From assembly GCA_963702095.1 (NCBI GenBank), contig OY969706.1:2336001-2400000 (forward strand): a stretch of DNA of 64,000 nucleotides. Reading direction: 5' to 3'. Numbering within the stretch: the first letter of the stretch is position 1; the number at the start of each line of letters is the position of its first letter. Below the pieces are notes generated by a model. That model did no database searches. It was not told where the DNA came from and saw only the letters and a list, made by a program, of their open reading frames with translations. Positions 1 through 9,793 of the stretch are shown piece after piece. Source of the stretch: Candidatus Bathyarchaeota archaeon. GTDB lineage: Archaea; Thermoproteota; Bathyarchaeia; Bathyarchaeales; Bathycorpusculaceae. The position numbers and the translations under genes are program-made.

Positions 1-2
1 CC

Positions 3-761
3 ACCCCAGAACAGATCGCGAATTTCCCGTCCGATGTAATGTACAATTTGAATTCAACACAGAGCACACTTACTGTTTCATGCTCTTTTATCAAGGGCAA
101 CCTAACAGCCTCCCACCTCTACCTCTACACAGGAACCGTCATAACAAAGCAACCCTTGAGCAGCAACCTAACCGAGGCAGCCATAAACTTCCTCACTACG
201 TACCAGAACTTTAGCGGACGCAACGTATCGGATATGCTTCAGACACTGGATGGAATAAACTTGGTTAACGGCAGCACCGTTCAGTTGGGCGACCTTAAAT
301 TTAATGCTACGCACCGAGACCTCACGGGCACGGTCTTCGGTGACAGTGTAGACTTTAGCTGGGTGAACATTTACAGCGGCTGCGAATACCGTGCGCTTTC
401 AGTCTCTTTCCAAGATGGGCATTTCGGCAGCTTCATCGACAATCGCCAATGGTACCAAATCGGCGACACAACAGTCAACGTTTCAGCTCAGCAAGCCATA
501 GACATCGCACTTAATGCCGCAGAGAGCTATTCCTACAAGATGTCTGACGATTGGTGGATAAGCGAATTCAACATCACACGCACCGAAGCCATACTGTATC
601 CGCAGTCCAGGGGCAGCGTATGGTACCCCTGCTGGACAGTCAACCTCTACTTCGACAAAACTTACCCTGGGAGTGTGCATGGAATAATGGTTTTTGTTTG
701 GGCTGGTTCAGGAGAAGTACAAAGCATCGGCAATATCGCCTATGCTTCACCAGACGATTAA
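3..761 (+). CDS. Hypothetical exported/surface protein, 5'-truncated by the window; PepSY-like C-terminal segment
   Basis: Frame open from the window edge; S/T/N-rich; 'SAQQAIDIAL...W.V' PepSY-like pattern. Confidence 0.6.
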   Translation, partial: TPEQIANFPSDVMYNLNSTQSTLTVSCSFIKGNLTASHLYLYTGTVITKQPLSSNLTEAAINFLTTYQNFSGRNVSDMLQTLDGINLVNGSTVQLGDLKFNATHRDLTGTVFGDSVDFSWVNIYSGCEYRALSVSFQDGHFGSFIDNRQWYQIGDTTVNVSAQQAIDIALNAAESYSYKMSDDWWISEFNITRTEAILYPQSRGSVWYPCWTVNLYFDKTYPGSVHGIMVFVWAGSGEVQSIGNIAYASPDD

Positions 762-833
762 CACGCCAGAGGGGGGTCCTCTGATTCCCCCAAAATTTTT
801 GTATAAAGAGCCGAAACTATTAGCAGTGGAATA

Positions 834-2020
834 ATGGAAAAAGCCCAGTCACCCAAAATCGGCAATAAACCTAAGGGGATACTTCTAATCGCTATCGTCG
901 TCTTCGCCAGCGCCATACTTGTCTACACACAGCAGCCCACAAAAGAAAAAAGCCCATCAACCGACACTTTCTATTTCGGCGTCTCCTTCGGCGGCGACAC
1001 CCCCCAAGAAGCCAAAACCCTAATCGACAAAGTCAAAAACTACACCAACCTCATCCTCATAAACTCCTATCCACTTATGACAAACGAAACAGCACTAAAC
1101 GAAGTCTGCGACTATGCCTTCCAAGCAAACCTCAAATTCATCGTCTATTTCCAATTTATTTCTAGGATCGTTCATCCTTGGCATCAAATCTGGCTTGTCT
1201 CTGCGGAGCAACGGTGGGGTGATAGGTTTTTGGGTGTTCACTTCATGGATGAACCAGGTGGGAAACAAATCGATACCCGAGAGCCCGTTACTAACGCTTC
1301 CAGCTATAGTGATGCCGCCAACCAATTCATCTACAACATCACGGCTTCTAACAGCATGGCAGATGCAAAAAACAAAAGCATCAGCACATTCACATCCGAC
1401 TATGCACTCTACTGGTGGGATTACCTTGCAGGTTACGACACGGTTTTTGCAGAGTTAGGCTGGGGACTTAGTTCAACGCGGCAGATAGCGCTTTGCCGTG
1501 GAGCCGCTGATATGCAGGGAAAGGATTGGGGTGCTATAATCGTGTGGACATACAATGATCCACCTTATCTGGCAAGCGCCCAAGAAATCTACGTCGACAT
1601 GTTATCCGCCTACAATGCAGGCGCAAAATACGTTGTAGTCTTCAATTACCCAACTTATCCAGAAGGAAATCTCTATGGCATCCTCTCAGAGGCGCATTTG
1701 GCAGCCATGGAGCGATTCTACAACTACACGCTTGAGAACCCTCGGGAGAACGGCGGCGTAGTGCATGGTGATGTGGCTTTGGTTTTACCGAAAGATTACG
1801 CTTGGGGCATGAGGCACAATCAATACATAACTAACGACAAAATCTGGGGCATATGGCCGAAGATGACAAAGCATCGCTCATTAGAAATAACACCGAGAAA
1901 CTGCTAAACAAGTACGGGTTGCAACTTGACATAATCTACGAAGACGAAAGATTCGATTTTAACGGCAAATACTCAAGGGTTTTCTTATGGAACACTACCC
2001 AGCCCTATTTGCCTCCGTAG
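834..2020 (+). CDS. Membrane-anchored conserved hypothetical protein, paralog of 58735..59883; apparent 1-nt frameshift near 1858
   Basis: N-terminal TM; shares FGGDT, DE.GG, DY..YW.DY..GYD.VFAELGW and DKIWG with the paralog; the shifted frame continues EDDKASLIRNNTEKLLNKYGLQLDIIY...PP* and matches the paralog C-terminus. Confidence 0.8.
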
Positions 2021-2170
2021 GCTTGTGGTTGTATCGCCCCTACTGCAAACGCTTTTACGTTTAAACCCGCTGAGTTTTGGTAAGTGACTTGCCCCAGAGT
2101 CGGGCATAACCTATTTCTGGAGAACAACGATAAGAGGTTCAACCCCATGGTTTTAGTTGAAGGATTAGAA

Positions 2171-2497
2171 ATGCAAGCGAAACACATACCAAAAAAGCAA
2201 CTCGTCGCCGCATGGAAAACATTAAGCGACAAACCGGTCCCAAACGTCAAGATGCTCCGGCTCAGCGACGACGACTTCAACCATGTCCTGCAGCACCGCC
2301 GCTGCCTCGAAGACGACCTCCGAGAAATCGAGGAATGGGGACGAGTGCTCCCAACAAAGGGAACGGACGCATGCATCTTTAACAGCGAAGGAGACAACGA
2401 TGCAGACTATATCATACTGGTCAGAGAAACCCCCTACCACACACTGGAAGAAATTATTTTGCATGAATTGAGGCACATCGCCAACGGCGACCTCTAA
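2171..2497 (+). CDS. Small hypothetical protein with HExxH (HELRH) zincin-like motif
   Basis: ORF 2084..2497; likely ATG at 2171; IILHELRH. Confidence 0.6.
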   Translation: MQAKHIPKKQLVAAWKTLSDKPVPNVKMLRLSDDDFNHVLQHRRCLEDDLREIEEWGRVLPTKGTDACIFNSEGDNDADYIILVRETPYHTLEEIILHELRHIANGDL

Positions 2498-3447
2498 CCA
2501 AGGATACAGGCACCAGCTTCTTTAAACAGCCTCAACCCCTCGACGCTGGGCAAATCAGCAAAATACAACATGAAATAGGTAACGCCCAAGTCTACGTAGG
2601 CTTGGAAGCCGCGGATGCAGTCTTCAGCGGTGCCCACTAAAGTGAACTGTTTAAAGTCTTCAAGCGAAGTACCCTCAGGCTTGTACCTGGCGATTTTTTC
2701 TTCCAGCTCTTTATGGTCGGCTGCAACTAATATTTGCCCGCTTGGCCAGCAGGACAGCTCTATTTGCTTGAAATCTCGGCCAACAAGTTCACAATTTCGC
2801 TGCAGAATAGACAATTTACGCCGATACTCCTCTATGGAGGGCAAAAAGCCCCAGTCGATGCGGTCAGCGTATTTGGCGGCAACTTTTAAGGTGTATTTTT
2901 CTCCGCTGCCCCCCACAATGATGGGCGGATGGGGCTTCTGTTTGGGTTTAGGTTCGCATGCGGCGTCTTTTAAGGCGTAGTATTTGCCTTGGTAGTTGGC
3001 TTTTGGGTATGTCCAGAGGCGCCGTATAACTTCTAAAGCCTCCTCCAACTGCGCTATTCTCACAGCGGGCTTGGGGAAACCGAAACCGTAAGCCTGATGC
3101 TCAGCCTCCTGTACGCCTGCGCCTATGCCGAACTCCAATCTGCCCTGAGAAACCACGTCCAATGTGGCAGCGGTTTTGGCGAGTAATGCGGGGTTGTGGT
3201 GGGCATTGCAGGTTACCATGGTGCCGAGGTGGATTCTGCTGGTTGAAGCCGCAAGCGCAGAGAGCGTGGTCCAGCATTCTAGAATGGGGGTGTCTTTGTA
3301 CATGAGGTGGTCGTCGAGCCAAACTGAGTCGTAGCCCAGCCGTTCGCATTCCAAAACGAGGTTTTTTAGCTGCTCAAAGTAATCTGCTGTTTTGAAGGCA
3401 TAGAAGGGGAGGAAGACTCCGAATTTGATTTTGCCCACGCAGTGCAC
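2494..3447 (-). CDS. LLM-class (luciferase-like) flavin/F420-dependent oxidoreductase
   Basis: GYDSVWLDDHL, LGTMVT, GRLEFGIGAG, PPIIVGG motifs. Confidence 0.9.
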   Translation of the reverse strand: MHCVGKIKFGVFLPFYAFKTADYFEQLKNLVLECERLGYDSVWLDDHLMYKDTPILECWTTLSALAASTSRIHLGTMVTCNAHHNPALLAKTAATLDVVSQGRLEFGIGAGVQEAEHQAYGFGFPKPAVRIAQLEEALEVIRRLWTYPKANYQGKYYALKDAACEPKPKQKPHPPIIVGGSGEKYTLKVAAKYADRIDWGFLPSIEEYRRKLSILQRNCELVGRDFKQIELSCWPSGQILVAADHKELEEKIARYKPEGTSLEDFKQFTLVGTAEDCIRGFQAYVDLGVTYFMLYFADLPSVEGLRLFKEAGACILG

Positions 3448-3477
3448 CGACGCTTACACATTTGGGTGCTTGGCGTA

Positions 3478-4917
3478 TTAGGTTTTAGGTTGTTTTCGAC
3501 GGTCTTCTCTGCCCCTGAAATAAGAAAAGACACCCGCTATAATCAAGATCCCTATGGAAGCGTAGAAAGCGTTGTGTATACCAAGCAGGAACGCGTTGCT
3601 GACGCCGCCGCTTAGATTCGAGGTGCCGATGAACACTTCAAACGCCACCGACCGCGGAACAGAAGCTGCCGCAACCGAAATCGCCAACACATAGCTGCCT
3701 ACCAACCCAATGTTCTGCACGGTTCGGAGTAGTCCTGAGATGCTGCCGAAGGAGCCTTGTCTCGCGTTTGCCATGACTGCGCTGTTGTTAGCAGGGAAAA
3801 ACATCGATGTGCCCAACCCTGACACTGCCGAGCCAATCAAAACTATGTAGAGCGGCGAAGTGGTGGTCATGGTTAGGTAGATGAGTATTGCAAGGGCTAA
3901 GAAGAACACGCCTGCAGTCGCGATCCCCCGCGACCCATACTTGTCGCTTAGCCTGCCCATGACTGGACCCAAAAAGCTGCCTGCAACGTAACCCGGCACC
4001 AACAGCAACGAAGCATCCAGCGGAGAGAGCCCCCGTATACCCTGCAAATACATTATCAACAGGAAGACGACGCTGAAGTAGCCGACGCTGAGGAAAAAGG
4101 CGGCATAGATGGCGTTACGCAGTACCCTGATTTTTAGGGCTTCAAAGTCGATGAGGGGGTTGTCTAATCGGCGGTCGTAGAGTATGAAAACAGGGATTAA
4201 CACGGCTCCCACAACAATTAAAATGGCGCTGAAGACGCTGAGTCCCTGCGCGGCAAAGCTAACCAAGCCCAAAGTAAGAAGAACCAAGGCGGTAGCCAAC
4301 AAGGCCATGCCTGCAATGTCGAGCTTCTTGTGTGTTTTTCCGGTGTCTTTTAGGTATTTCAACCCAATGGCTGCTGCCACGGCGCCGATGGGGATGTTTA
4401 TAAAGAAAATGAATTGCCAACCAAAGAAAGTTGTCAATATACCGCCTAAAACTATGCCAAGCATGGCGCCGGCGGTGAACCCCAACGAGTTGTACCCGTA
4501 TGCTCTGCCGCGGACTTGGGGCGGAAAAACATCTGCGATGATGGCGCCGCTGGTAGCCTGCAAAATCGCTCCGCCGACCCCCTGCACAATCCTAAACGCT
4601 ATGAGCATGTAGATGTTGAAGGAGAAGCCGCATAAGGCTGAGCCTACGGTGAAGATTAGGAAGCCTATGTTGAAGATTTTGCTGCGTCCGTAGCTGTCGC
4701 CGATTCTGCCCATCTGTGTGGTGGCAACGGCGAGCACCAGCAAGTAAGCAATGATGACCCAGATTGTGGTGGCGAGGTCTGAGTGGAGACTGTCGTTTAT
4801 GACTGGAAACGCCAAGAGCACAATCGTGCTGTCCAAGGCGCCCATCATGGTTCCCAGTACGATGACGGCTAAGATGATTCGACTGTGAGGGGAAGCTGGC
4901 GTTTGGAGTTGACTCAT
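3478..4917 (-). CDS. MFS transporter, DHA2 (EmrB/QacA-like, about 14 TM)
   Basis: LDSTIV, GRIGDSYGR and GRLSDKYGSR motif A copies, FFINIPIG. Confidence 0.9.
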   Translation of the reverse strand: MSQLQTPASPHSRIILAVIVLGTMMGALDSTIVLLAFPVINDSLHSDLATTIWVIIAYLLVLAVATTQMGRIGDSYGRSKIFNIGFLIFTVGSALCGFSFNIYMLIAFRIVQGVGGAILQATSGAIIADVFPPQVRGRAYGYNSLGFTAGAMLGIVLGGILTTFFGWQFIFFINIPIGAVAAAIGLKYLKDTGKTHKKLDIAGMALLATALVLLTLGLVSFAAQGLSVFSAILIVVGAVLIPVFILYDRRLDNPLIDFEALKIRVLRNAIYAAFFLSVGYFSVVFLLIMYLQGIRGLSPLDASLLLVPGYVAGSFLGPVMGRLSDKYGSRGIATAGVFFLALAILIYLTMTTTSPLYIVLIGSAVSGLGTSMFFPANNSAVMANARQGSFGSISGLLRTVQNIGLVGSYVLAISVAAASVPRSVAFEVFIGTSNLSGGVSNAFLLGIHNAFYASIGILIIAGVFSYFRGREDRRKQPKT

Positions 4918-5098
4918 CACATGCCTCTTCAAACAAATAAAAACAGTAACTTCCGCCGAGATTTAAAGGCGGCGACCCCGAAACCAAGCAACCGCTCAAT
5001 AAACAGCCAAAATCCTTGGTTAATTCATATTAAGTTTGGATAAAGTAATTATAATTCAAAAAAGCATTCTAAACCAAACTACCCTAGTGAATTCAAAG

Positions 5099-5620
5099 AT
5101 GCCGGACAAGCCGCCTTCTATATTCGATTTGATGGAAGAAGAGAGCGCAGCGGTTGACGAGGAAGAAGAAAAACGCAAAAGACGACAGGAACTCCTCGCA
5201 CCCACAGGAGTCAAAGAACTCTTTAAAGACGGCAAAATCACCATCAACAAATTCACCTGCGTCGGCGGCCAATGCAAAATCTGCATCCAAAAATGCCCCA
5301 CCAACGCGCTGTATTGGGGCAGCGGCGAAGTCGGCATAATCGAGGACCTCTGCGTGTACTGCGGCGCCTGCGTGGCTAACTGCATGGTGGATAACTGCAT
5401 AAAAATCGAGCGTATCCGAGACGACGGCACCACAGAAAAATTCAGCAAGGTCGCCGATGTGGTCAAGATGGCTGAGCGGTTAAACACTAAGAAACGGTTT
5501 GAAAGAGTAAAAACCAACGCGGTTATCCTAAGATGCCGCTACAAAGGTGGCAAAGACAAAAACAAGGACTACCGTAAATTAAGGCAGCTCTATGCAAAAG
5601 ACGAAAACGAAGTTCTATAG
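5099..5620 (+). CDS. 4Fe-4S dicluster ferredoxin-domain protein
   Basis: CVGGQCKICIQKCP and CVYCGACVANC. Confidence 0.85.
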   Translation: MPDKPPSIFDLMEEESAAVDEEEEKRKRRQELLAPTGVKELFKDGKITINKFTCVGGQCKICIQKCPTNALYWGSGEVGIIEDLCVYCGACVANCMVDNCIKIERIRDDGTTEKFSKVADVVKMAERLNTKKRFERVKTNAVILRCRYKGGKDKNKDYRKLRQLYAKDENEVL

Positions 5621-5700
5621 CCCCTCATGGCAAAGAAGATAAGCGGACAGATAAACTGATAAGTAAAAACATTGTTTTACACACCCAAAGTGGATAACCT

Positions 5701-6714
5701 ATGAAAACTTACAGCATAGCTGCCCTCAAAGGCGACGGCATCGGACCCGAAGTCACCGAAGCCACCGTCAGAGTGCTGCAAGCAGTTGAGAAAAAAGTAG
5801 ACTTCAAACTTAACTTCCTCTATGGAGAAGCAGGAGCACACTGCATACCCCAACAGGGCACAAACCTCCCAAAAGAAACAGTTGAGCTTATCAAGCAGAC
5901 TAACGCCTGCCTCAAAGGTCCCATGACTACCCCAGAGGAGCCTGGTGCACCAGTCAGCGTAGCAGTCACACTGCGGCGAATGTTTAACCTCTATGCTAAC
6001 GTGCGTCCATGCCGCACTTTCCCCAACGTTGAAAGCCTAAAACCCAACATCGACCTCGTGGTTGTCCGAGAGAACACAGAGGGCATGTACTCGGGGATGG
6101 AATCGGTTTTGGCGCCAGGCGTCGGTGTTGCACTCAGAATAATCACAAAAGAAGCCTCTTTGAAAGTGGCGGAATTCGCCTTTAAACTGGCGATGCAACG
6201 CAGAAAGCACTTAACTTACATTCACAAAGGCAACATCCTACGCGTCACCGACGGCATCTTCAAAGACGCCGTTAAAGAAGCCCAACAGAACTACCCTGAA
6301 GTTGAAGTGGACGACCTCCACATCGACGCAGCCACCATGCAGCTTATCAAGCAACCCGAAAAATACGACGTTATGGTCACAACCAACCTCTTCGGCGACA
6401 TCATCAGTGACGAAGCAGCACAGGTCACCGGCAGCTTAGGCTTAGCGGCAGGCGCAAACATCGGCGCAGTCTACGGCATGTTTGAACCGGTCCATGGCAG
6501 CGCACCCAAATACACGGGCATGAACCGCGTTAACCCCATCGCAACCATAATGGCTGGGGCGATGATGCTGGATTGGCTCGGCGAGAAAGCGGCGGCAAAG
6601 AAAATCGAGGATGCCGTGATAGCTGTGCTCAAAGAGGGCAAAGTCAGGACCCACGATTTAGGCGGCTCAGCGAAGGGCACAGAAATAACAGACGCTATAA
6701 TAGCTAACATTTAG
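5701..6714 (+). CDS. Isocitrate/homoisocitrate dehydrogenase family protein
   Basis: GDGIGPEV, KGPMTTP, RENTEG, NLFGDIISD, EPVHGSAP; substrate loop differs from the LeuB at 33987. Confidence 0.85.
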   Translation: MKTYSIAALKGDGIGPEVTEATVRVLQAVEKKVDFKLNFLYGEAGAHCIPQQGTNLPKETVELIKQTNACLKGPMTTPEEPGAPVSVAVTLRRMFNLYANVRPCRTFPNVESLKPNIDLVVVRENTEGMYSGMESVLAPGVGVALRIITKEASLKVAEFAFKLAMQRRKHLTYIHKGNILRVTDGIFKDAVKEAQQNYPEVEVDDLHIDAATMQLIKQPEKYDVMVTTNLFGDIISDEAAQVTGSLGLAAGANIGAVYGMFEPVHGSAPKYTGMNRVNPIATIMAGAMMLDWLGEKAAAKKIEDAVIAVLKEGKVRTHDLGGSAKGTEITDAIIANI

Positions 6715-7547
6715 GTGCCTACAAAGGTGTTGGAGTCAACATGGACTTCAACCGCACCACCTTTTGCTTCTTTCACTCTTGCATTCACCAGCAGCAACCG
6801 CGCACTTTCACGGAGCGCTTTTTCGAGTTCTTCCACTTTCTCGTTCCACACAACCACCGTCACCTCACCCGAATCATCCCGAAGCGCCAACCGCAACACC
6901 ACGCCATCGCTGTCATCGCCTCGTTTGAAGCCGCTTTTACCATAAACCGCCTTCACATTGCCAGTAAGGTGTACGTTGCCCATGTTTGGGTTTAGGGTGC
7001 CGATTTTTGTTGTAAAGCGTTCGATGGGTGGGATTTCGCCTGTTTTTTCTGGGGGTTGAAGTTCAATTAGGCTTTTGTTGCCCAAGTGCAACTCGGTTTT
7101 TCCATAGCGGTCTTCCCTTGTGTAAGCATGCAGCAGTTTGACGGCTTGCCCCGCTTTCAACTCGCCCCGCTCAACTAACTCAGCCTTCTCGTTCCAGAGC
7201 ATAACCCGCAGCAGCCCCTCGCTGTCGCCCAGCATTAACGTTGCGAATTTACCTGATTTCTCCTCGCCCTGAAATGTCTTCACAGGGAAAACAGCGATTA
7301 AGCGCCCTGCAATGTTAACGTCGTATAAGCCTGGGAATAGGCGGGCTGAGGAAACTGTGCTGCAGTTTTGATAGCAGTTTTGCTGGACTTGGACGCCCAT
7401 TTTTGCGGCGATTAACCGTAGCAGTGTTTCGTCACCGAGTAACCCGTTGGTTCTGGCGCGTTCCGCTTCAAGTCGCTCCAGAATCTGGGTTCGGGTCACC
7501 AGTGGGTTTTTGGCTTGAATTTCCCCGATGAGCTCTTGAGTGGTCAT
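6711..7547 (-). CDS. Replication protein A / OB-fold ssDNA-binding protein
   Basis: N-terminal helical domain plus two OB folds (LGDSEG..RVMLW, LRDDSGEVTVVVW). Confidence 0.85.
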   Translation of the reverse strand: MTTQELIGEIQAKNPLVTRTQILERLEAERARTNGLLGDETLLRLIAAKMGVQVQQNCYQNCSTVSSARLFPGLYDVNIAGRLIAVFPVKTFQGEEKSGKFATLMLGDSEGLLRVMLWNEKAELVERGELKAGQAVKLLHAYTREDRYGKTELHLGNKSLIELQPPEKTGEIPPIERFTTKIGTLNPNMGNVHLTGNVKAVYGKSGFKRGDDSDGVVLRLALRDDSGEVTVVVWNEKVEELEKALRESARLLLVNARVKEAKGGAVEVHVDSNTFVGT

Positions 7548-7654
7548 TTTGCGCCGAAACCCTAAAGCGTCTTGGAGCTTTTAATTTTTTGCATTCCCAC
7601 GGCTATTCTGCTACATTTATTAAAACGGGTGTTTCTATTCTGTTGGGTGCCTGT

Positions 7655-7927
7655 ATGGTTGATTTAACAGTTTTTTACTCGTTAGGCACAGCTTTAGTTG
7701 TCGTAGGCATAATCGTAATCGTCTTGGCGATTATCCTTGCTTCCAAGGGCTCCAAAAAAAAGGGACATCAAGGGCGGGTGCGGGGAGCAGGAGTCATCAT
7801 GATTGGACCCATACCCATAATTTTTGGCACAGACAAAAAATCAGTCAAAACAGTTTTAGCGTTGGCAGTAGCGCTCTCAGTAGTGGTTTTAATTATTTTG
7901 ATAGTTTATTATTGGTTGCTGAGGTAG
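7655..7927 (+). CDS. DUF131 (TIGR00304) membrane protein
   Basis: GAGVIMIGPIPIIFG. Confidence 0.85.
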   Translation: MVDLTVFYSLGTALVVVGIIVIVLAIILASKGSKKKGHQGRVRGAGVIMIGPIPIIFGTDKKSVKTVLALAVALSVVVLIILIVYYWLLR

Positions 7928-7934
7928 AAGCGAA

Positions 7935-8225
7935 ATGTTAAGCGATGATGAAAAGGAAGATGGGTTCGCTGTTTCTGGCAGGCTCTTTACTTTTCTGTTG
8001 CTGGGGTTAGCTTTGGTTTTCATAGGCGTCGCCGTGATTGTGGTTGCTTCTATAGCGTTGGGCGGGGGCAGTGTTGGCGGCGTAATCTTCATCGGTCCCA
8101 TACCCATAGTTTTCGGCGTTGGACCCGACGCAGCCTGGTTAATCCTCATAAGCGTAGTCATTTCAGTAATCAGTATAGTTTTGTTTTTGGTAATGAGTAG
8201 AAGGGCTAAAAGAATCGAAGAGTAG
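7935..8225 (+). CDS. DUF131 (TIGR00304) membrane protein, tandem paralog
   Basis: GGVIFIGPIPIVFG. Confidence 0.85.
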   Translation: MLSDDEKEDGFAVSGRLFTFLLLGLALVFIGVAVIVVASIALGGGSVGGVIFIGPIPIVFGVGPDAAWLILISVVISVISIVLFLVMSRRAKRIEE

Positions 8226-8234
8226 ATGGGTTTT

Positions 8235-8357
8235 TTATTCGGGTATTTGCTCTTCTTCTCGCCCATAGTAAGAGTATAGGAAGATTAAAGCTAAAGCAAT
8301 GAATACTGAGCCCATCAAGATGTATTGGAGCGTTAGGAAGTATGCGCCTAAATCCAT
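8235..8357 (-). CDS. 40-aa single-TM small protein (not in ORF track)
   Basis: Hand translation MDLGAYFLTLQYILMGSVFIALALIFLYSYYGREEEQIPE*; GAGG SD upstream; fills the gap after the SWIM gene. Confidence 0.6.
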   Translation of the reverse strand: MDLGAYFLTLQYILMGSVFIALALIFLYSYYGREEEQIPE

Positions 8358-8399
8358 TGAGGTTCCTCTATGTACTCCTAATCTTGTTACTCTTCATAT

Positions 8400-8810
8400 T
8401 TAAGGAGTAGCTTTTTTCCACTCATTCATCAACATGCCATAGCAGGCGTCGTTTTCCTCAAACACAGAAAACCAGCCGAGGTTCTGCGCGAGCTTCTGCG
8501 TCAACAAATGATAACACATATGCACTTTCTTGTCCAACACGCGGAAGTAGAAGTCGTCGCAGGGGCAAAACTCGGCTTCGGGCATGATGAGATAATCGCG
8601 TTCCCTGCCCACCACAATCCACACCACTCGTCCCGACGGCTTAAAAGTGTATTTTTTTACTCTGCCCTCTTTCACTGCGTCAAGTGCCTTGGTGAAACGT
8701 GGCCCAAAAAGTTCATAGAGCCTGTTTAGGTTGTCGCCTGAGAGTTTCCCCGCTGCTTTGGCTTCGCGGCAAATAGCGTTTAAGGTTTCGTCTTCGGAAC
8801 TGTCACTCAT
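8400..8810 (-). CDS. SWIM zinc-finger protein
   Basis: CPCDDF...CYH. Confidence 0.8.
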   Translation of the reverse strand: MSDSSEDETLNAICREAKAAGKLSGDNLNRLYELFGPRFTKALDAVKEGRVKKYTFKPSGRVVWIVVGRERDYLIMPEAEFCPCDDFYFRVLDKKVHMCYHLLTQKLAQNLGWFSVFEENDACYGMLMNEWKKATP

Positions 8811-8851
8811 CAGTACTCAAGGTATTATTGTGGGCGAGGGGAATTTAGGTT

Positions 8852-9457
8852 TTAGCCTATGTTTATGGGTTCGCCCCTCGATTTGGAGGGTTCAGCCTTG
8901 GGCAATATGACTTCTAAAACACCGTTTTTGTAGGTGGATGCAGCTTCTTTCACGCGGACTTTGGTGGGCAACTGCACTTCCTTGTAGTACTTGTACTGCG
9001 GCGTATCCACAGAGATGTCTATGGAGTCTTCGGTTCCATGCAGTTTAATATCGGTTTTCTCTACCCCCGGCAATTCAGCTACCACACGCACTTCGGACTC
9101 ATTCTCCACAATATCCACCAGCGGCTCGCGTTCCTCTTTGACTTCGGGGGGTCCTTTGAGGCCTTTTTTGATGTTGCCGAACTCTTGGATTTCAGGTTTC
9201 CCATCGGACCCGATTTTCATGCTGTAACCATAAACGAATGGTCCAAGCTCCTTAACTGTGCTGCCGTCGGGTAACTTACGTTCTTTGACGTATTCCTTTG
9301 GCACTTTTTCAGTGAAGTCTTTGAGTTCCTCATCCACCATCTTCTCCATCTCCTTGAACATGTCATCTATGTCGCCGAAGAAGGGATCTTTGTTTGGGCT
9401 GCGGCGTCTTTTGAACCATTCAGAAAAATCGTTATTATCTGAAGACACACAATTCAC
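8852..9457 (-). CDS. hsp20: Archaeal small heat-shock protein Hsp20
   Basis: GPFVYGYSM, REPLVDI, AELPGVEK, YKNGVLEV. Confidence 0.92.
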   Translation of the reverse strand: MNCVSSDNNDFSEWFKRRRSPNKDPFFGDIDDMFKEMEKMVDEELKDFTEKVPKEYVKERKLPDGSTVKELGPFVYGYSMKIGSDGKPEIQEFGNIKKGLKGPPEVKEEREPLVDIVENESEVRVVAELPGVEKTDIKLHGTEDSIDISVDTPQYKYYKEVQLPTKVRVKEAASTYKNGVLEVILPKAEPSKSRGEPINIG

Positions 9458-9563
9458 CTAAGGCTAATTGTTGTTTTTTCAATCCAATAAATTTATTGCA
9501 CAAAATTGCGGCATCGCTATGTTGGCTGAGGCACTTTTGGCTTAAAGGCATGCTGGTTGGGCT

Positions 9564-9752
9564 CTGTTGCTCTGCCGCTACCTCCCTCCTCCTATTTTGG
9601 AAAATCTGAATTGGTTTTTTGTTCTTCTAGTGTTAGAAGAAGAGGATGCCGCCCTTACTCATCATCTTCTCAGGGACATGGCAAGCAACTGTGTTTTGCG
9701 TTCGGCAATAGAGATGCGATGCTGGCTGGTTGAGGGCAAATCCTCAAGCAGA
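9564..9752 (+). repeat. Dispersed intergenic repeat family 1, copy A
   Basis: TTCTAGTGTTAGAAGAAGAGGATGCCGCCCTTACTCATCATC...CTGTGTTTTGCGTTC...TGCTGGCTGGTT aligns by eye with reverse complements at 50971..51086 and 58556..58732. Confidence 0.8.
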
Positions 9753-9793
9753 ACCAAAAAAACCCTTTGACTCCCCATTAAAGGCACAAGCCG

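Noticed and set aside
9567-9770. Short ORFs over repeat copies (also 18567..18857, 30409..30801, 50796..51074, 58491..58923)
   Set aside because: Reading frames are not conserved between repeat copies, so the elements are non-coding
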